From assembly GCF_009914755.1 (NCBI RefSeq), contig NC_060931.1: 64,000 nucleotides of DNA. One strand, written 5' to 3'. The stretch comes from the human T2T-CHM13v2.0 reference genome, Homo sapiens. The notes under the pieces are model-generated. The model searched no databases. It saw only the letters and a program-made list of their open reading frames with translations, and was not told the origin of the DNA. Both the position numbers and the translations under genes were made by a program. Position 1 is the stretch's first letter. Every line of letters begins with the position of its first letter. Shown one piece after another: positions 47,501-60,938 of this stretch.

Positions 47501-48519
47501 AAGGCACACTCAGAAGTCTGGCTTCCTTCTCAGCCCCCTCTCTCAGTTCTTTTACTACCCTGAAAGACAATGTCCATTTGATTCGTTTTTGGTTTATCTT
47601 TATACTGTTTTTAAGTTTATAAAGTGTACACATGCATATTATAGTACATGTGATATATAATGCATAGTGTATACAAACACATTCATGTGGATTTTTACAT
47701 CGTTAACACAGAGGGCAGCCTGCTATACGCACCAGTCTGCACTCTCCTTTTCCTTTACAGCACAGACTGGAAAACCACACTCCAGATGTACGTGGCGAGG
47801 GCGCTCTTCCTGCTTATAACTGCATGGGGCTGCATGGGGGTGGGCATGGCCCCATGTAATCCCCTGGCAATGGATGTGAGGGTTGGCTCCAGCCATTTGC
47901 CTCACTATGCTATGATGTCCAGCTTTGTGCACAGGCTGGTGCTTACTTGGCCTATTTGAGATAACTCCCGAGAAGGAGGATGGGGTTGGTCAAAGGGCAA
48001 ATGCCTGTGCCAGTGGGCTAGACGGGAGGCCTATGTACTGTATGAAGATAAACCAAAAACGAATCAAATGGACATTGTCTTTCAGGGTAGTAAAAGAACT
48101 GAGAGAGGGGGCTGAGGAGGAGGCCAGACTTCTGAGTGTGCAGGGCACCCACAGGGCTCTGCTTTTTTCTATTCTGTGGCTCTTTCCCAGGGACTTCTCA
48201 GGCTGTATGTTTCTCCCCCCATTGTTTTTAGGCAAATGCATTGTATATTTCATATATGTACACGTATGTATATACACACAGAGATACATATGCATGTGTG
48301 TACATCTCCCTCCTCTGTGTGTGTGTATGCAATGTGAGTATATATAAAATCTCTTATAAATAGCCTCGTGGTTATGCCCAGACACAGCTGAATCCTAATG
48401 AGACAACTTAGGCTTAATTTGAAAACCAATGACACTTGTTTCTTAAATGGTAAAGCTCAATAACATGACAATCAAATCTTGTAAAAATGTTTCTTCCTTT
48501 TCTTCTTTTTAGAGAATCC

Positions 48520-49480
48520 CTGGATTTGTAAGCCGGGAACGCAACCCCAGGCGACATGGAGACCAGCAAGCAGTAACCTGGCAACCGAGCGTGGATGCTG
48601 GCAGAGGAGCCTCTCTCCTTCGACTCCTGCCCCTCCTTCCCCTCCCTCACAGGCGCAGATTGGGGGCGGAGGCGCAGGGCTGCCTGCGGTTCTGAGCGGG
48701 AGCTGTGCACATCTAGGCTGAGGGCCTTTCTGGTACAGCCTTCCGCGGCCGTCAGTGCTGCTTCTGCCCCAGCTCCCATGGCAGGTAACGGGCTCCCCTT
48801 GGCGCCATGTTTGAGGAGAACCGCCCAGGGCTCCCTTCCTGTGGTGGGGAGAGGGTTGCACTGTTTTCCACAGTGTCAGTGAGTCGCCCTGGGCTGACAG
48901 GCTTTGCTCTTCTCTGGGCGGTGGGGTCTGTCTCTCGGGGAACACAGAGCCTGGGTTTGCGTGAGTCAGGAGGATCACCTGTTTCACTACCAAAGGTGAC
49001 ATGCGGAGGAGCTGCTATCTCTACCTCACCCAACGTAGAGTGCTCCAGAAATCTTTCTTTCCTAGCTAGAAACTAACGACTTGAGAATTCTGTAGAACAG
49101 CAGCAACAAAAATCTCTTTGCAGCAGCGTTGACCACGTGAATTGTCTTGGACGCAGCAGCAGCGTTGGGCGTTGAATTCACTTTGCCGGGCACCTCGCGG
49201 GTCTGATGTCCCACGTGTGGTAAGGGAGACACAGCTCCTGGGAAGTTCAGTGCCTCTCCCTGGAGACAGTTGTGGGCATCTGCATCTGCACGGGGGAAAG
49301 GTCCAAAAAACGATGTGGAGGAGACACGGGCAGGAAGGCAAGCGGAGCAGGCATCTTTAGACAGGAGGAAAAGACTGATCTCGAGTAAAGTTACCAGTGC
49401 TAGCAACAAGGAATGCAGGCGCGGCAGGAGGCAGGACTCGGGATGAGGGCTTGGAAGGGCGGGAGGGAAAGGACACGCTC
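48520..49480 (+). promoter_or_regulatory. CpG-rich promoter / first-exon candidate with RFX X-box, CCAAT and GC box
   Basis: About 45 CpGs in ~950 bp of non-repeat DNA; GTAACCTGGCAAC at 48573-48585; ATTGGGGGCGGAG at 48660; ATG GCA G|GTAACG donor after 48784. Confidence 0.6.
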
Positions 49481-51134
49481 AGACACCTCTGAATCCTAAT
49501 GGGGCTGACAGGTCAATCTGAGAGCCAGTGGCACGGTGTTCTCAAGTGGAAAACTCAAGAACAGGACAGTCAAGTCTTTTCTGGAAACACTGCTTAGGCT
49601 AGAAAAGGAGGGCCCCTGTGCTGGGAGGAGGATCTATGCCTTAGCTGGTAGTGATATATAATACATCTCAAAAAAAAAAAAAAGTTACCTTTTCAAGATC
49701 TATAGACCAAAAAGGTGGGTTAAAGTATAGAGATGAGATGTATTCTTTGTTTTTCTCCCATTCTGAGAAAATAAACATCATGAATTAAAATATTGGTAAA
49801 TGTGGGGTAGTTTTTGATTCTGAGCATAAGCCCTTGTGGTTCATTTCAGTTTCTTACCAGCACCCAGGGCAGCAAGGCCGGGTCTCACTGGCAGGATTAT
49901 TTCTGAAGCTGTATTCTCCCTTAGCATTTGTGAAATCGACCTCCCACCCCCTCCAAACTTGATTGCAAGCCTAGGGAAGGGCTACAGACAACAGGAGTGA
50001 CATGGGGGCATTCTTCATCGCAGCTGAGGGTCTCCTCCTCCTGGAATGATATATGCCAAGGTTTGTCCAAAGTGGGGACATGAGGGTGGCTCACTAGGGG
50101 CCCAGTTAAAGTAGCAGTGACAGAGTCTCCCTGAACAGAAGGCAGGAAAGATGAGGTTGAGACAGACACACAGTTCTAAAGAAGAGTGCATGGGATAGGG
50201 TGATGGAATGTAGGCCGCCCCTTCTATCCAGGAACAATGTGCGTGCCCAGCCTCCACCAGGAGCATGTCCACTAAGGTGGGTGAGCCCTGAAAGGTGTGT
50301 TAGTGACATCTCCCAGAGGGAGAACAAGGCGAGGCTGCATGAGGGTCTGTATGAGAGCCAGAGCAAGCTGGTGAGGACTTCCTCTTTCTCAGGGGCTAGC
50401 ACTGGAGCCTGGGGTGTCACGTGAGCCTGAGCACTGCCGAGGGGCGACTGGGGAATGGAACCAGCAGCCTCAGGCTTCCCATAGCAGGTGGCCTAAAGTC
50501 CCCTTGGAGTTGCAGGGATGAGAGAAGGGAGATGGTCTGAGAAAGCCAGGGGGCAGGACCCCTAGAAGGAACTGGAGGAAGTGGAAAGGACATGGAGTGC
50601 CTCACCGAGCTAGTGAAGTGTGCTTTTACCCATCGAATATAGAAGTATTTGATATCAGAAAAAAGAGCATCTTGTTGGCACACTTCATATGCACACTTGT
50701 GAAGGGTGCCCTCACCAGCTCAGAGGCCCCATGGAGCGCCAAGTGTCAGCCCTCCTGGAGCTTCTGTGATGATGCATCCACTTCTGGAAGGAGGAAGGAA
50801 TTCCTGAGGCCAAATGGGCTCTGAGAGCTGAAGGGAAAGGAGGCCAGTCAGGGCTGGTGGAAGCTGTCCCTGGCCAGTCTGGTGGTCCCTCTTCCATGCC
50901 AGGGTCCTGGGGTGCAGAGCCAACTGCCAGCACTCCAGAGAGGTGGTTTTGCTCTCAGCTTCTTCCTCATCCTTCCTATCAGATTAAGATGAGGAGTCAT
51001 AGATGCCTTGCAAAGGAGTGAGGCCCACCTCTTCACCTTGCACCTCCCCTCGGGAAGATGTGAGCTCTCGTGGCCTGTGTCTCCTGCGTTTGGCCAGGGG
51101 TGGGAGAAAGAGCACCACTGAGCACCTGGTCAGG

Positions 51135-51508
51135 CTTGTTGGTGTCCTGGGGCCAGCATGGCAAACACCACACCTAGGCAGCTCAAGCAACAGATATTCA
51201 TTGTCTTATAGTTCCGGGGGCTGGAATTCCAAGATCAAGGTGTGGGCAGGGCTGGTTCCTCCTGAGGCCTCTGTCCTGGGCCTGTAGATGCTGTCTTCTC
51301 CCTGTGTCCTTACATGGTCTTCCCTTGTGTGTGTATCTGTGTCCTAATCTCTTATAAGGACACCGTTCAGGTTAGGACTCACTATAAAGACCTCAATTTA
51401 ACGTAATCACCTCTTTAAAGCCCCATCTCCAAATACAGTCCCATTCTGAGGCGCTGGGGTTAGGACTTCAACATACAAATTTTTGAGAACACAACTTAGC
51501 CTGCAGCA
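51135..51508 (-). mobile_element. MLT1B-type LTR
   Basis: ccaagatcaaggtgtgggcagggctggttcctcctgaggcctct..ctccaaatacagtcccattctgagg. Confidence 0.85.
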
Positions 51509-51929
51509 GTGCAGTACTCAGTACAGCTGTGGGAGCCCACTAGACGACTTCTCCCCCATCTTGGGGAGGGCACGGAAAATAGTCTCGTGTGAGAAGCTGT
51601 GTGGTCTTCTCCTTGCTGTAGAACAGAATGAGGGCAATGGAAGCAGGCATCAGATGTTGGCCTGGACATCCCATTGTGACACAGATGTCACATCCCAGTA
51701 GGTGTTAAAGACACATGTGGGCTTTGTGCTGGTACTAGGGTGGATAAGAGATGAGTAAGGTGTACTGATGCCCGTTGTGGAGCAACTGCAGTTCCATAGT
51801 GAAATAAGAGAATTCTATTCATCACAATGAAACAAAGCAATCCGGATGTCATAGGAGCTAAGAAATCTGGCAGTGGGCTCAAAAAGGGGAGAGATCACTT
51901 CCCTTTGGAGTATTAGAAGATCTTTATGG

Positions 51930-52381
51930 TGACAAAGAGGCACTCTTTGACCAGAACTTTATCAGGCTCCTCCGCGTCCTTTTAGACTAGGTCTGACCTT
52001 GTGTTTCCCTCTCTTTCCTTGTGGAATCCAGCTTGAGCAAGAATCTTGCTAAGTCCTTAATCAATAGAGTCCCACCCTTGGGATCTGACCACCCTCTGTG
52101 TCTCGTCACCCTGGCTTGACCTCAGCACAAGTCTCATTGAGTGGGTCTAACAACATTCCCCTTGTCCCTGTGATTTCCTCTTAGTAATTTTCCATCACCG
52201 CCCACTGCCTACTTCTAGGCTGCAAATCCCCTCACCCATGCTGTGCTCAGAGTTGAGCCCAGCCTCTCTCCCCACAGCAAGCCCTCGTTGCAGTGGTCCC
52301 TACACTGATCACCATGCACCCCCTGAATAAAGTCTGCCATACCATTTTTTACCAAGTGTTTGGATAAATTTTTCTTTAACA
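51930..52381 (+). mobile_element. ERV1 solo LTR, MER31-type
   Basis: tgacaaaga..ttgaccagaactttatcaggctcctc start; tgaataaagtc..tttctttaaca end. Confidence 0.85.
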
Positions 52382-52484
52382 ATAAGTGAGAAAATAGCAT
52401 TAACAACAGGTGTTAAATGATGCATAGTACAATTAAGATAGAAGAGTAGATGGGTATTTCTTTTAGGTGGAAGGAAATAATGAT

Positions 52485-52645
52485 TATTTATTGGGCCTCT
52501 ACTATATGCAATGTGATTTGCTTGTATTACTTTGGTGGCTCTTCATGTTAATCCAGTGAGGACGGCCCTATTATCACCATTGGACAGCTGAGGAGCTGAT
52601 TATCAGAGAGGGAAAGGAGTTGCCAAAGTCCTTGAGCTAGCATGG
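52485..52645 (-). mobile_element. MIR
   Basis: tttattgggcctctactatatgc..attatcaccattggacagctgagga. Confidence 0.6.
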
Positions 52646-52884
52646 TGCTGCTCTCCATTGGACAAGGGCTCACAGAGTTCTCCCCACAGCAACCCCCTCT
52701 GAGGAGCAGCACAGGCCACGTTCTAGAGGGGACACAATGGGCTAGCCTGGGGATGGGCCAGTGGTATTGAGGGACACAGTGCCTCTATGATGGTGCCTGA
52801 TGTTGTCTGGGGATGAGAGTGGGGAGCACAGGTCTTCTTGTAACAGTGGGTCTCCTAGGGAAGTACCCCTGAATGTCCTGGAAA

Positions 52885-53005
52885 GCCCCCAAACTGATTT
52901 CTGCACTCAACTCCCAGAGATCTGGATCAAGGAGGTCTGGGATGAGGCAGATAATTTGCATGGCTAACAGGCCATGGTCCAGAAACTGCACTTTGCAAAC
53001 CACCA
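52885..53005. mobile_element. MER5-type fragment
   Basis: cccagagatctggatcaaggaggtctgggatgagg..atttgcat..cactttgcaaaccac. Confidence 0.6.
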
Positions 53006-53459
53006 CACTAGAGAAGAGAAGGAAGAGACTCACAAGGACACAAGTGACTCAATGTCTAGAGTGGCCAAGAAAGAATACAGAGAAAATCGGAGAATTGTGT
53101 GAACATTCAACTTAGCGATTTATTAAAACTCAGGGATGTTTGCGTGAAGAGGGCTGTAACTGGGAATCTTTTCATTTTTTTTCTCATTTACACTCTCAGG
53201 TACGCTTTAAAACTCCGGTGAAATGTGTATCTCTCACTAGGCCAGAGGCACCATGTTGGGTTGAACCCTGGGTCTGAGGGTGGGTTAGGATGTCCACAGC
53301 AGGGTTGCTGGAGGCTTGACGCCAGGTCTGCAGGCCTCTCTCGGGATTGGATGCTGGGTCTGGATCAGTCCTGGGGGTGCTCTGCCCCATAGGGGCCTGG
53401 AGTCTGAGCGCGGAGTCCTTTCTGAGACCCCAGAGAAACCCGGGCTCTGATTTTACCAT

Positions 53460-54320
53460 GTGCTTATTTTAAGCCCTAACCGCCAAGGGGCCCTTTCTAA
53501 AGTGCTTCCCCAGGAGGCCAGATCGACGTTCACACCGCGGTCGGCTCCATTAGCACTCAGGCCCCTGCTCCCCCAGGAGATGGAATCAGGTCATGGAGTT
53601 CAGAGCAGCTGGCACAGGGGCTGAGTGAAAAGTATCCTTAGTTAACGAGGCCCTCCTTTAAAGGTCAGCTCATAAAACTAATCAGTCCAGTGCTTCCGCT
53701 GCAAAGTTCGCCCTCCTCTCTGCAAATTCTCATTTCCTTCTGGGTTGACAAGTTGCTAGCCATCGGCCCTGGGATGGCTCCCACAGGGAGCGAAGGGGCC
53801 GCCTCTCGGTTGATGCCTCCATCATCACCTGCTGCTTTATTTAAAGATCTCCTGGAAGAACTCTTAGCTTATCCAGAGCGTACTTTAAAAAGAGAACTGG
53901 CTTCTTAAAAGATCATGAGTATGCCATACATACTTGAACAAAAGACTCGAGGCCAGTTATAATAAAGAAGTCATTACCTTGGGAAGAAAGGAGGTAAGGG
54001 GGAGAGGCCCTGGGAGCTGCGGTGGAGGAGAGGCTGTGGGTCCCCGCAGGCCAGGAAGGCTGGAGGCAGAGGAGGGCGCGACTCCCGCGTGTTATCAAAG
54101 GAAGTCATAAAGGATTGTTGGGGGACGCACCGTTTCCTCAGCCCAAGCTAGGTTGCTTTTTCCTTCTTAAGACTTTAGATATGTCGCAGTGAACCCCAGA
54201 GTCATCAGTATATTGACGGAATGTTAAAAAAAAAAGAGACAACTTTTGACAATATATGATATAGCTATTTGCCTTGAAAAAAGAGCTGAGGGCCCTGTGA
54301 CGCCCACGTCATAGCACTAC
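53460..54320. promoter_or_regulatory. Enhancer candidate (CDX/posterior HOX, TCF, GATA, ETS motifs)
   Basis: Non-repeat and CpG-retaining; GCTCATAAAA at 53668; GTTATCAAAGGAAGTCATAAA at 54091-54111. Confidence 0.4.
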
Positions 54321-54334
54321 GAAGATAATCACTT

Positions 54335-55132
54335 GTGTGAGAGAATGTGAAACTGAGTTTGTGTTGTGTTATAGTGTGTGCGTTTGTGTGACAGTGTGTC
54401 AGTGTGTGTGAATGTGTGTGACAGTATTCGTGTGCAAGTGTGTGTATTTTGAGTAAATTTGTGTAAAGTGTGTGTATCGTGTATGTGTGAATGTGTATAG
54501 TGTGTGAGAAAGTGTAAATGTGTATGGTGTGTGATTGCGTGAGAATGAGTGTGTATTTGTGTGTGTCGGTGTGTATGATGTATGGATGTGTGTGTGAGTT
54601 CATGAATGGTGTGTATGGTACGTGTGTGGGTGTGTGAATGGTGTGTGGGTATGTGAATATGGGAGCGAGTGTGTGAATGGTGTGTGTGTGTGTGTGAATG
54701 GTGTGTGGTATGTGTGTGGATGTGTGAATGGTGTGTGGATGTGTGAATGTGTAAGCATGTGAATGGTGTGGGTGGTCGTGTGAGGGTGTGTGTGAGAGTA
54801 TGGGTGTGTGTGAGTGTGGGTGTGTGAGACTGTGTGGGTGTGTGTGGGGGTGTGTGAGTTTGTGTGGGTGTGTGAATGGTGTGGGTGTGTGAATGTGTGA
54901 GTAAGCATGTGAATGGTGCGAAGCATGTGTGGGTATAGGTAGGTGCATGTGTGTGGATGTGTGTGGGTGAGTGTGTGGGTGTGTGTAGGTGCACGTGGGT
55001 GTGTGTGAGGGCGCATCTGGGTGTGTGTTTGCGGGTGTGTGTGTGTGGGCGTGTGTGGGTGTGTGTTTGTGGGTGTGTGAGTGTGTGTGTGGTGTTGTGC
55101 GTGTGCTAGTGTGTGTGTGTGTGCGTGTGTGA
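54335..55132. repeat. ~800-bp degenerate (TG)n low-complexity tract with recurring GTGAATG
   Basis: Directly visible. Confidence 0.95.
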
Positions 55133-55613
55133 GCCTGCAGGCTCTCTGAGGAGGCGGAGATGGTGCATGTGGAATGCCGCTCTCCTGTCTTCAGCGGCTT
55201 GGCCCCCGCCACGCGGGCCTTCAGAATGGAAAGTCAGATAGCTTAGCCTCTGCTTCTCCTCTCAGCGTCAGCTGTCCCTAGCAGGCTTTTTTTCCCCCTT
55301 CAATATTTGAGGTTTGCTGGCTAAAACGGAACCGGAAAGGAATACAAAGATAGGTGCGTGCATGCTTGCTGGTCACAGGCCCTGCAGGCGCCATGTGCCG
55401 CGCTAGACAGCCGAGGCTGGCAGCCGCTGCTGAGAGACATGAACAGTTGGCTGTCAGGTGTGATGCGGGAGTGAGGGTCCTGTGGAAGACATGTGACCAT
55501 GCTGACCCTTCCACGGCTGCTAGTATTCGCAGATAGGCTGGTGTGGTGCAGGGACCGTCAGGGCATGGGGTGGGGGGTGAAAGTTCTTAGTTTCCAAATA
55601 CTTTCCCTAGGAG

Positions 55614-56104
<491 letters not shown>

Positions 56105-56200
56105 CCTTGCAGCCATCCTAGCTGTGATTCTATGGGGAACCCAGGGGCTGTTTCCATGACTATCCAAGCTTAGATTTCAAGCAGTTCTTTGTCTCCACAG

Positions 56201-56293
56201 CTAAGGTAGCCACAGCTATTCATGGCAGCCACTTAATGACCCCATTATGTCACAGTTAGGCAGTGGCTCAGCGGGATGGATCACCTAAGTCAG
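56201..56293 (+). other. Candidate 93-nt internal exon (non-coding or 5' UTR)
   Basis: Acceptor ttctttgtctccacag| and donor cag|gtaaga; stops in all three read-through phases. Confidence 0.4.
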
Positions 56294-59199
56294 GTAAGAG
56301 TGCACTTTTCATTGAGTTAGTATTAATATTTGCAATACACATTTTTTGTTATTTGATGGGGCCACGTATAAACACAGTGATCACTGTAGCCATTCTGACA
56401 GTACCTGAACAAGAGAAAATTTTAGTAAAACCCTCTCTGTTCAGAGTGGGAGCTGGTTCCCTGGCGGCTGTGCCACATGTAGGAAATGACCTGTCGAGGA
56501 GCCAGGGCTGGGCGGGTGTATTCTGGAGGGAGAAGGTGAGTGGATAAACTGTTCTATATTTCAGTCCTGTTCTTCACCTTGGGATCACATCGAAAACATT
56601 TTCACCTACGAGCACCCCAATACTCCCTTGGGTTGCCAAACCCTCAGTTCCTGACCGCTCTGCCTCTTTCCCCGTTTCTTGCAACCTCTCCAGGGCCTGT
56701 GTGACACAGGCTTCACATCTGCACATCATGTTCATCTTGGCGAGAGATTTGTAACTGCAATTCCCGTGCTCCATCTCAACCAGACTGAGGTCACACTGAC
56801 TGCCTGTTGGCAGAAATTTCTAGTCTATTTCTTTACATTTTCTGCTAGTATTATAAACAAAGCCCTCTGTCCAGATATTGTTTTAGACCTCGTTGATCTC
56901 CTAAATGACAGTGTTTTACTCATATGAATCAGATATTTAGTATCCTTGAGTAACGTCCTTACATTTATTTCTCCTCATTCTATCAGTTACAAAAAATGTA
57001 TTGCATTGCCCACTGTTATTGTATATGAATCCAGTTTTCTTTGTATTCTGGCAATTTTTGAAGCTATAAGGCACATGCAAATTTAAGACAGTTATGATTG
57101 TTTTATAATCCCCAAGTAAACACTGTCAAACTGCAAAACAGGTGTCCCCTTTGTGCAACAGGCTCATCTTCTCTCTCACAGCTGCTCTCCAAGACGCATT
57201 CTCATCTTACTTGTGATGATTCTCATCTTACTTACTCTAAGTGTGAGAAGTGTCTGAGAGTCTCAGAAGTTGCAGGATGAAGGATCTTTTTTTAATAAAA
57301 GCTCACAATTGCCCTTGATTTGAGATTTTAAAATCATCCCTACCTTGATATAAAGAAAGCGAGAATTGCTAATTGTCTTCTCTCTCAGTTGTAGGAAGAA
57401 TTAGGTATCTTCATATGTAAGGTTCTGAAATGACTTTTCTATTTTGCTGGATAAAAGTTCGTAAAAATTTCATGCTGTGAAGTGCACAAAATGGCAAAGG
57501 AAGGCTGTAGCTCATACATAGATGCTAATCTATTATTGATACTGTTTGTTCCAACTGTGAGTTAATGCAGTCAAGAATAGGCAAATGCAGTGATCCTGGC
57601 ACTCATTTATTTTATGTGATGATGTGAAATTGTCTCCTAAACAGATGACCAGCTGTTTCAGATTATTCTGTGAATTACAGTAATTTTGGTAATTAAGAAA
57701 AAAAACTCTGATTTTTTTTTTCTTGGCAAAACCTCTAAACTGCAGATACCCTCTGACCTCCTTGGAAAGCTCCATTCTCCTATCTGTAGATAACCCAGAG
57801 GGTGATTAATTAAGCCCAATTAATACAGTCATTTCTAAAATGGCTGCTCGGATAGCTCATTATTGAGATTGTTGAAAGGACATTGCTATTTTCCTTTCTG
57901 TTTCCCGGTCGCAAATGAAAGTTGAGTGTGGAGGAGGATGTGTTGCTCCTGGGGTTTCAGTGTGGTGGAAAGTGTGGGTTTGCTGTCGGATCCACTTGGT
58001 TCTAGACCTGAGATCTCTCTGGGGAGGTTTCCTACATGCAGCCACTTCCATCTGTGGAGTGAGGCTGTTGAATTTAACTTCAGTTGCAAAGAGCTCTGTC
58101 ACCACCTTGGATTTTTTAATCCCATCTCACTATTTAGCCTTGGCCATCTCTTATTTCAAGTTTCAGGATTCACCTTGCTATAGGCATGCATTTCTTTGTT
58201 TCCTGTTTCTAGTGACCTTGGAGAAGACATTGAACTTTCTGGGGACCAGTTCGCCCTTGTGAGCACTAGCCACAAAAGGTCCATCTACACCACATGCCGA
58301 GACACGCAAGTGCTTTGCGAACTTTATGACTTGGAATGCATTGTGGCTGTCAGGTGATCTGACTTGCGGTCCAGTGCCAGTGTTAGAAGCAACTGCCCTT
58401 CAGTTGTAGCTCTGTGTCTTCTCCTTGGTGATAGGCAGAAAATATATACAGCTATAGCTGTGCAAAAAGATGTAAATTTGAATTATTTGTATGCCAGAGA
58501 AGGCTGCAGCTATGGGTTTCTAAATTCAGATTTCTCAAGATGAATTGAAGCTAATGGATGTGAACCTTATAGCTTGATTTAAATTCAGTCATCAAATGCC
58601 TAATTTCTAAAAGTTTATTTGCACATTTCCAATAGAATGCTATTTGGAAAGCCAAGAGGCAGAACTGAGTATATTTCCTTTGAGATAAAACCTCCTTCCT
58701 GCTCTGGGATTTCAGGTGGACCTATTCATTATCACAATGGTTGACCATTTCCCATGTGCTGAGGGCATAGCAATTTCAATAATTTTACCCTAGAGTCTAT
58801 GATTTATAGTTTCATTTTCTTTTCTGACTTGTGGAACTTATACCCTTGTGTGTTCACACTGACATTTGGTAGCAACTCTGCAGAGTATATGCAGCATGGA
58901 GCACTCCGGAAGCCACCCTGGCCATGCACATTTGTCCACTGGACTTTGAGTTGTATCACATACTGGCCAGAGAAAAAAATGAGTCATCTCGGTGGGGAAA
59001 TGACCACAGAGTGTTCTGCAAAGAAACCTTTTACATATGCTGAAATTCATTGCATTGTTTTTGAGAGTGCCGGATAGTTATAAAGAGATTTTAAAAAATC
59101 ATTTCAAAAAACAGTAGCCATGAATTGATTTCTCCAGATTGTTCAGCTAACCTCTTTGGCCCAGAACTAATACAATAAATATAATAAATATAATTCTTA

Positions 59200-59390
59200 C
59201 TATTTTTGAGATACTTTACATGCAATACAACCAATTTTTATAAGACTGCTGTAAAGTAGATATTATTATTCCCATTTTGTAGGTGAGTAGACTGAGGCTG
59301 GCATGTGTTCAGTAAAATTCCCAGAGTTAAAATTAATTCTTTTATCAGGAAGGATTAAAATCCAGGCCTGTCTGACTTCAAAGCCACCAC
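59200..59390 (-). mobile_element. MIR
   Basis: attattattcccattttgtaggtgagtagactgaggct..tctgacttcaaagcc. Confidence 0.75.
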
Positions 59391-59976
59391 ACCCACCCCA
59401 GAACCTCTCACCAACCCCCCTTAGTAGTATGATCTCCCTTGTGTCTCAGGTAATGAACTAATCATGGGCTAGAGGAGAAGTCATAGACCTCATAATTCCC
59501 AGAAGTAGCAAAGGGTGAAGTTATGAACAAATCAAGGCTGGTCTCTAGGAGTAAAAACTGTATAAAAGATTATACAGTTTAATCACCTTTCCTCCACCTT
59601 ACCCCAATATCGTAGTTCTCAGTTCTGCTACAGCAGCTCCATTACTCTAACTGCACTCAGCTGGTCACTTTTTATCACAAATGGAAGGTCTGAGGCTATA
59701 AACATGATCCCACCTTCACTGGGAATATATATGTCCCCAGGCATCTTGGCTGGGTATGTCTTCTCCTTGTGGATCCTTCACATTTTGTGATGCATAGCAA
59801 CTTCCCACTGGCAGTGGAAGTATCTGATGTACCTGGACATCCTATAAGGCTTCCTATCACTGCCATTGATTAGAACAGATTCCTAATTAGTAGAAGACAT
59901 CAGGCTCATACTAGATTTCTTAAGATGCACATCTACAAATGTGTCTTTGTGAATATCCAGCACAGTTTCAAGATGA

Positions 59977-60299
<323 letters not shown>

Positions 60300-60938
60300 G
60301 ATGATGGCAGTCTTAAATGTCTTCTTGTGAACTTATTAGAGCCCAGTCACAAGTGGAAAGTGGGAAAAGCATGTCACATATTCAGAAGCACAATTAAAGG
60401 AGCCAGCAGACACAAAGGCAAGATTACATGTCAACTTTCTCCCTGAGGTGTGCTGCTCAGACCAGCTGCCTTAATTGTGTTTAAGTACCTCTGTTCTCTA
60501 AAATTTCTCAATACTTCCCGCCACCCTGCTGAGTCTGGAGTCTGAGTAGAACTCACGCTGATTGGAAGATGCACTGAATGCATTCCCAGAGTTAAACCTC
60601 AACAATTACTAATGGCTCCCAGCTTTGAATGCAAAGGACCATTGTCTATTACCAAGATACAAATCTCCTTTTGAAATATCTTTATCCAAGGCCAGGTTGA
60701 CCTAAATGCTAATTTGGTGAGTGATTCTGTAGGGAACTATAAACAGTTCACTTGTTCACTGAGAATAAAAACAAATTACTTAAGAAAAAGTTTGTTTTGA
60801 TTCTTAATTTTTCCACTTATCATGCTGAGGGGAATTTTTAAAAGGTCAATCTTTCCCTTCCTCTGAGTTGGGACTTGGTCTTTTAATATAGAGTAATTCC
60901 CCTCTATCCTCAGGATACATTCCAAGACTCCCCTAGTG

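Noticed and set aside
53877-53993. Possible 117-nt coding exon ending gag|gtaagg
   Set aside because: Stops in all three phases and only a modest acceptor; kept only as a cryptic-exon possibility
54265-55212. 315-aa His/Thr/Pro-rich ORF and overlapping 221- and 138-aa ORFs
   Set aside because: Translation of a (CA)n-type tract; all three frames are open because the sequence lacks stops
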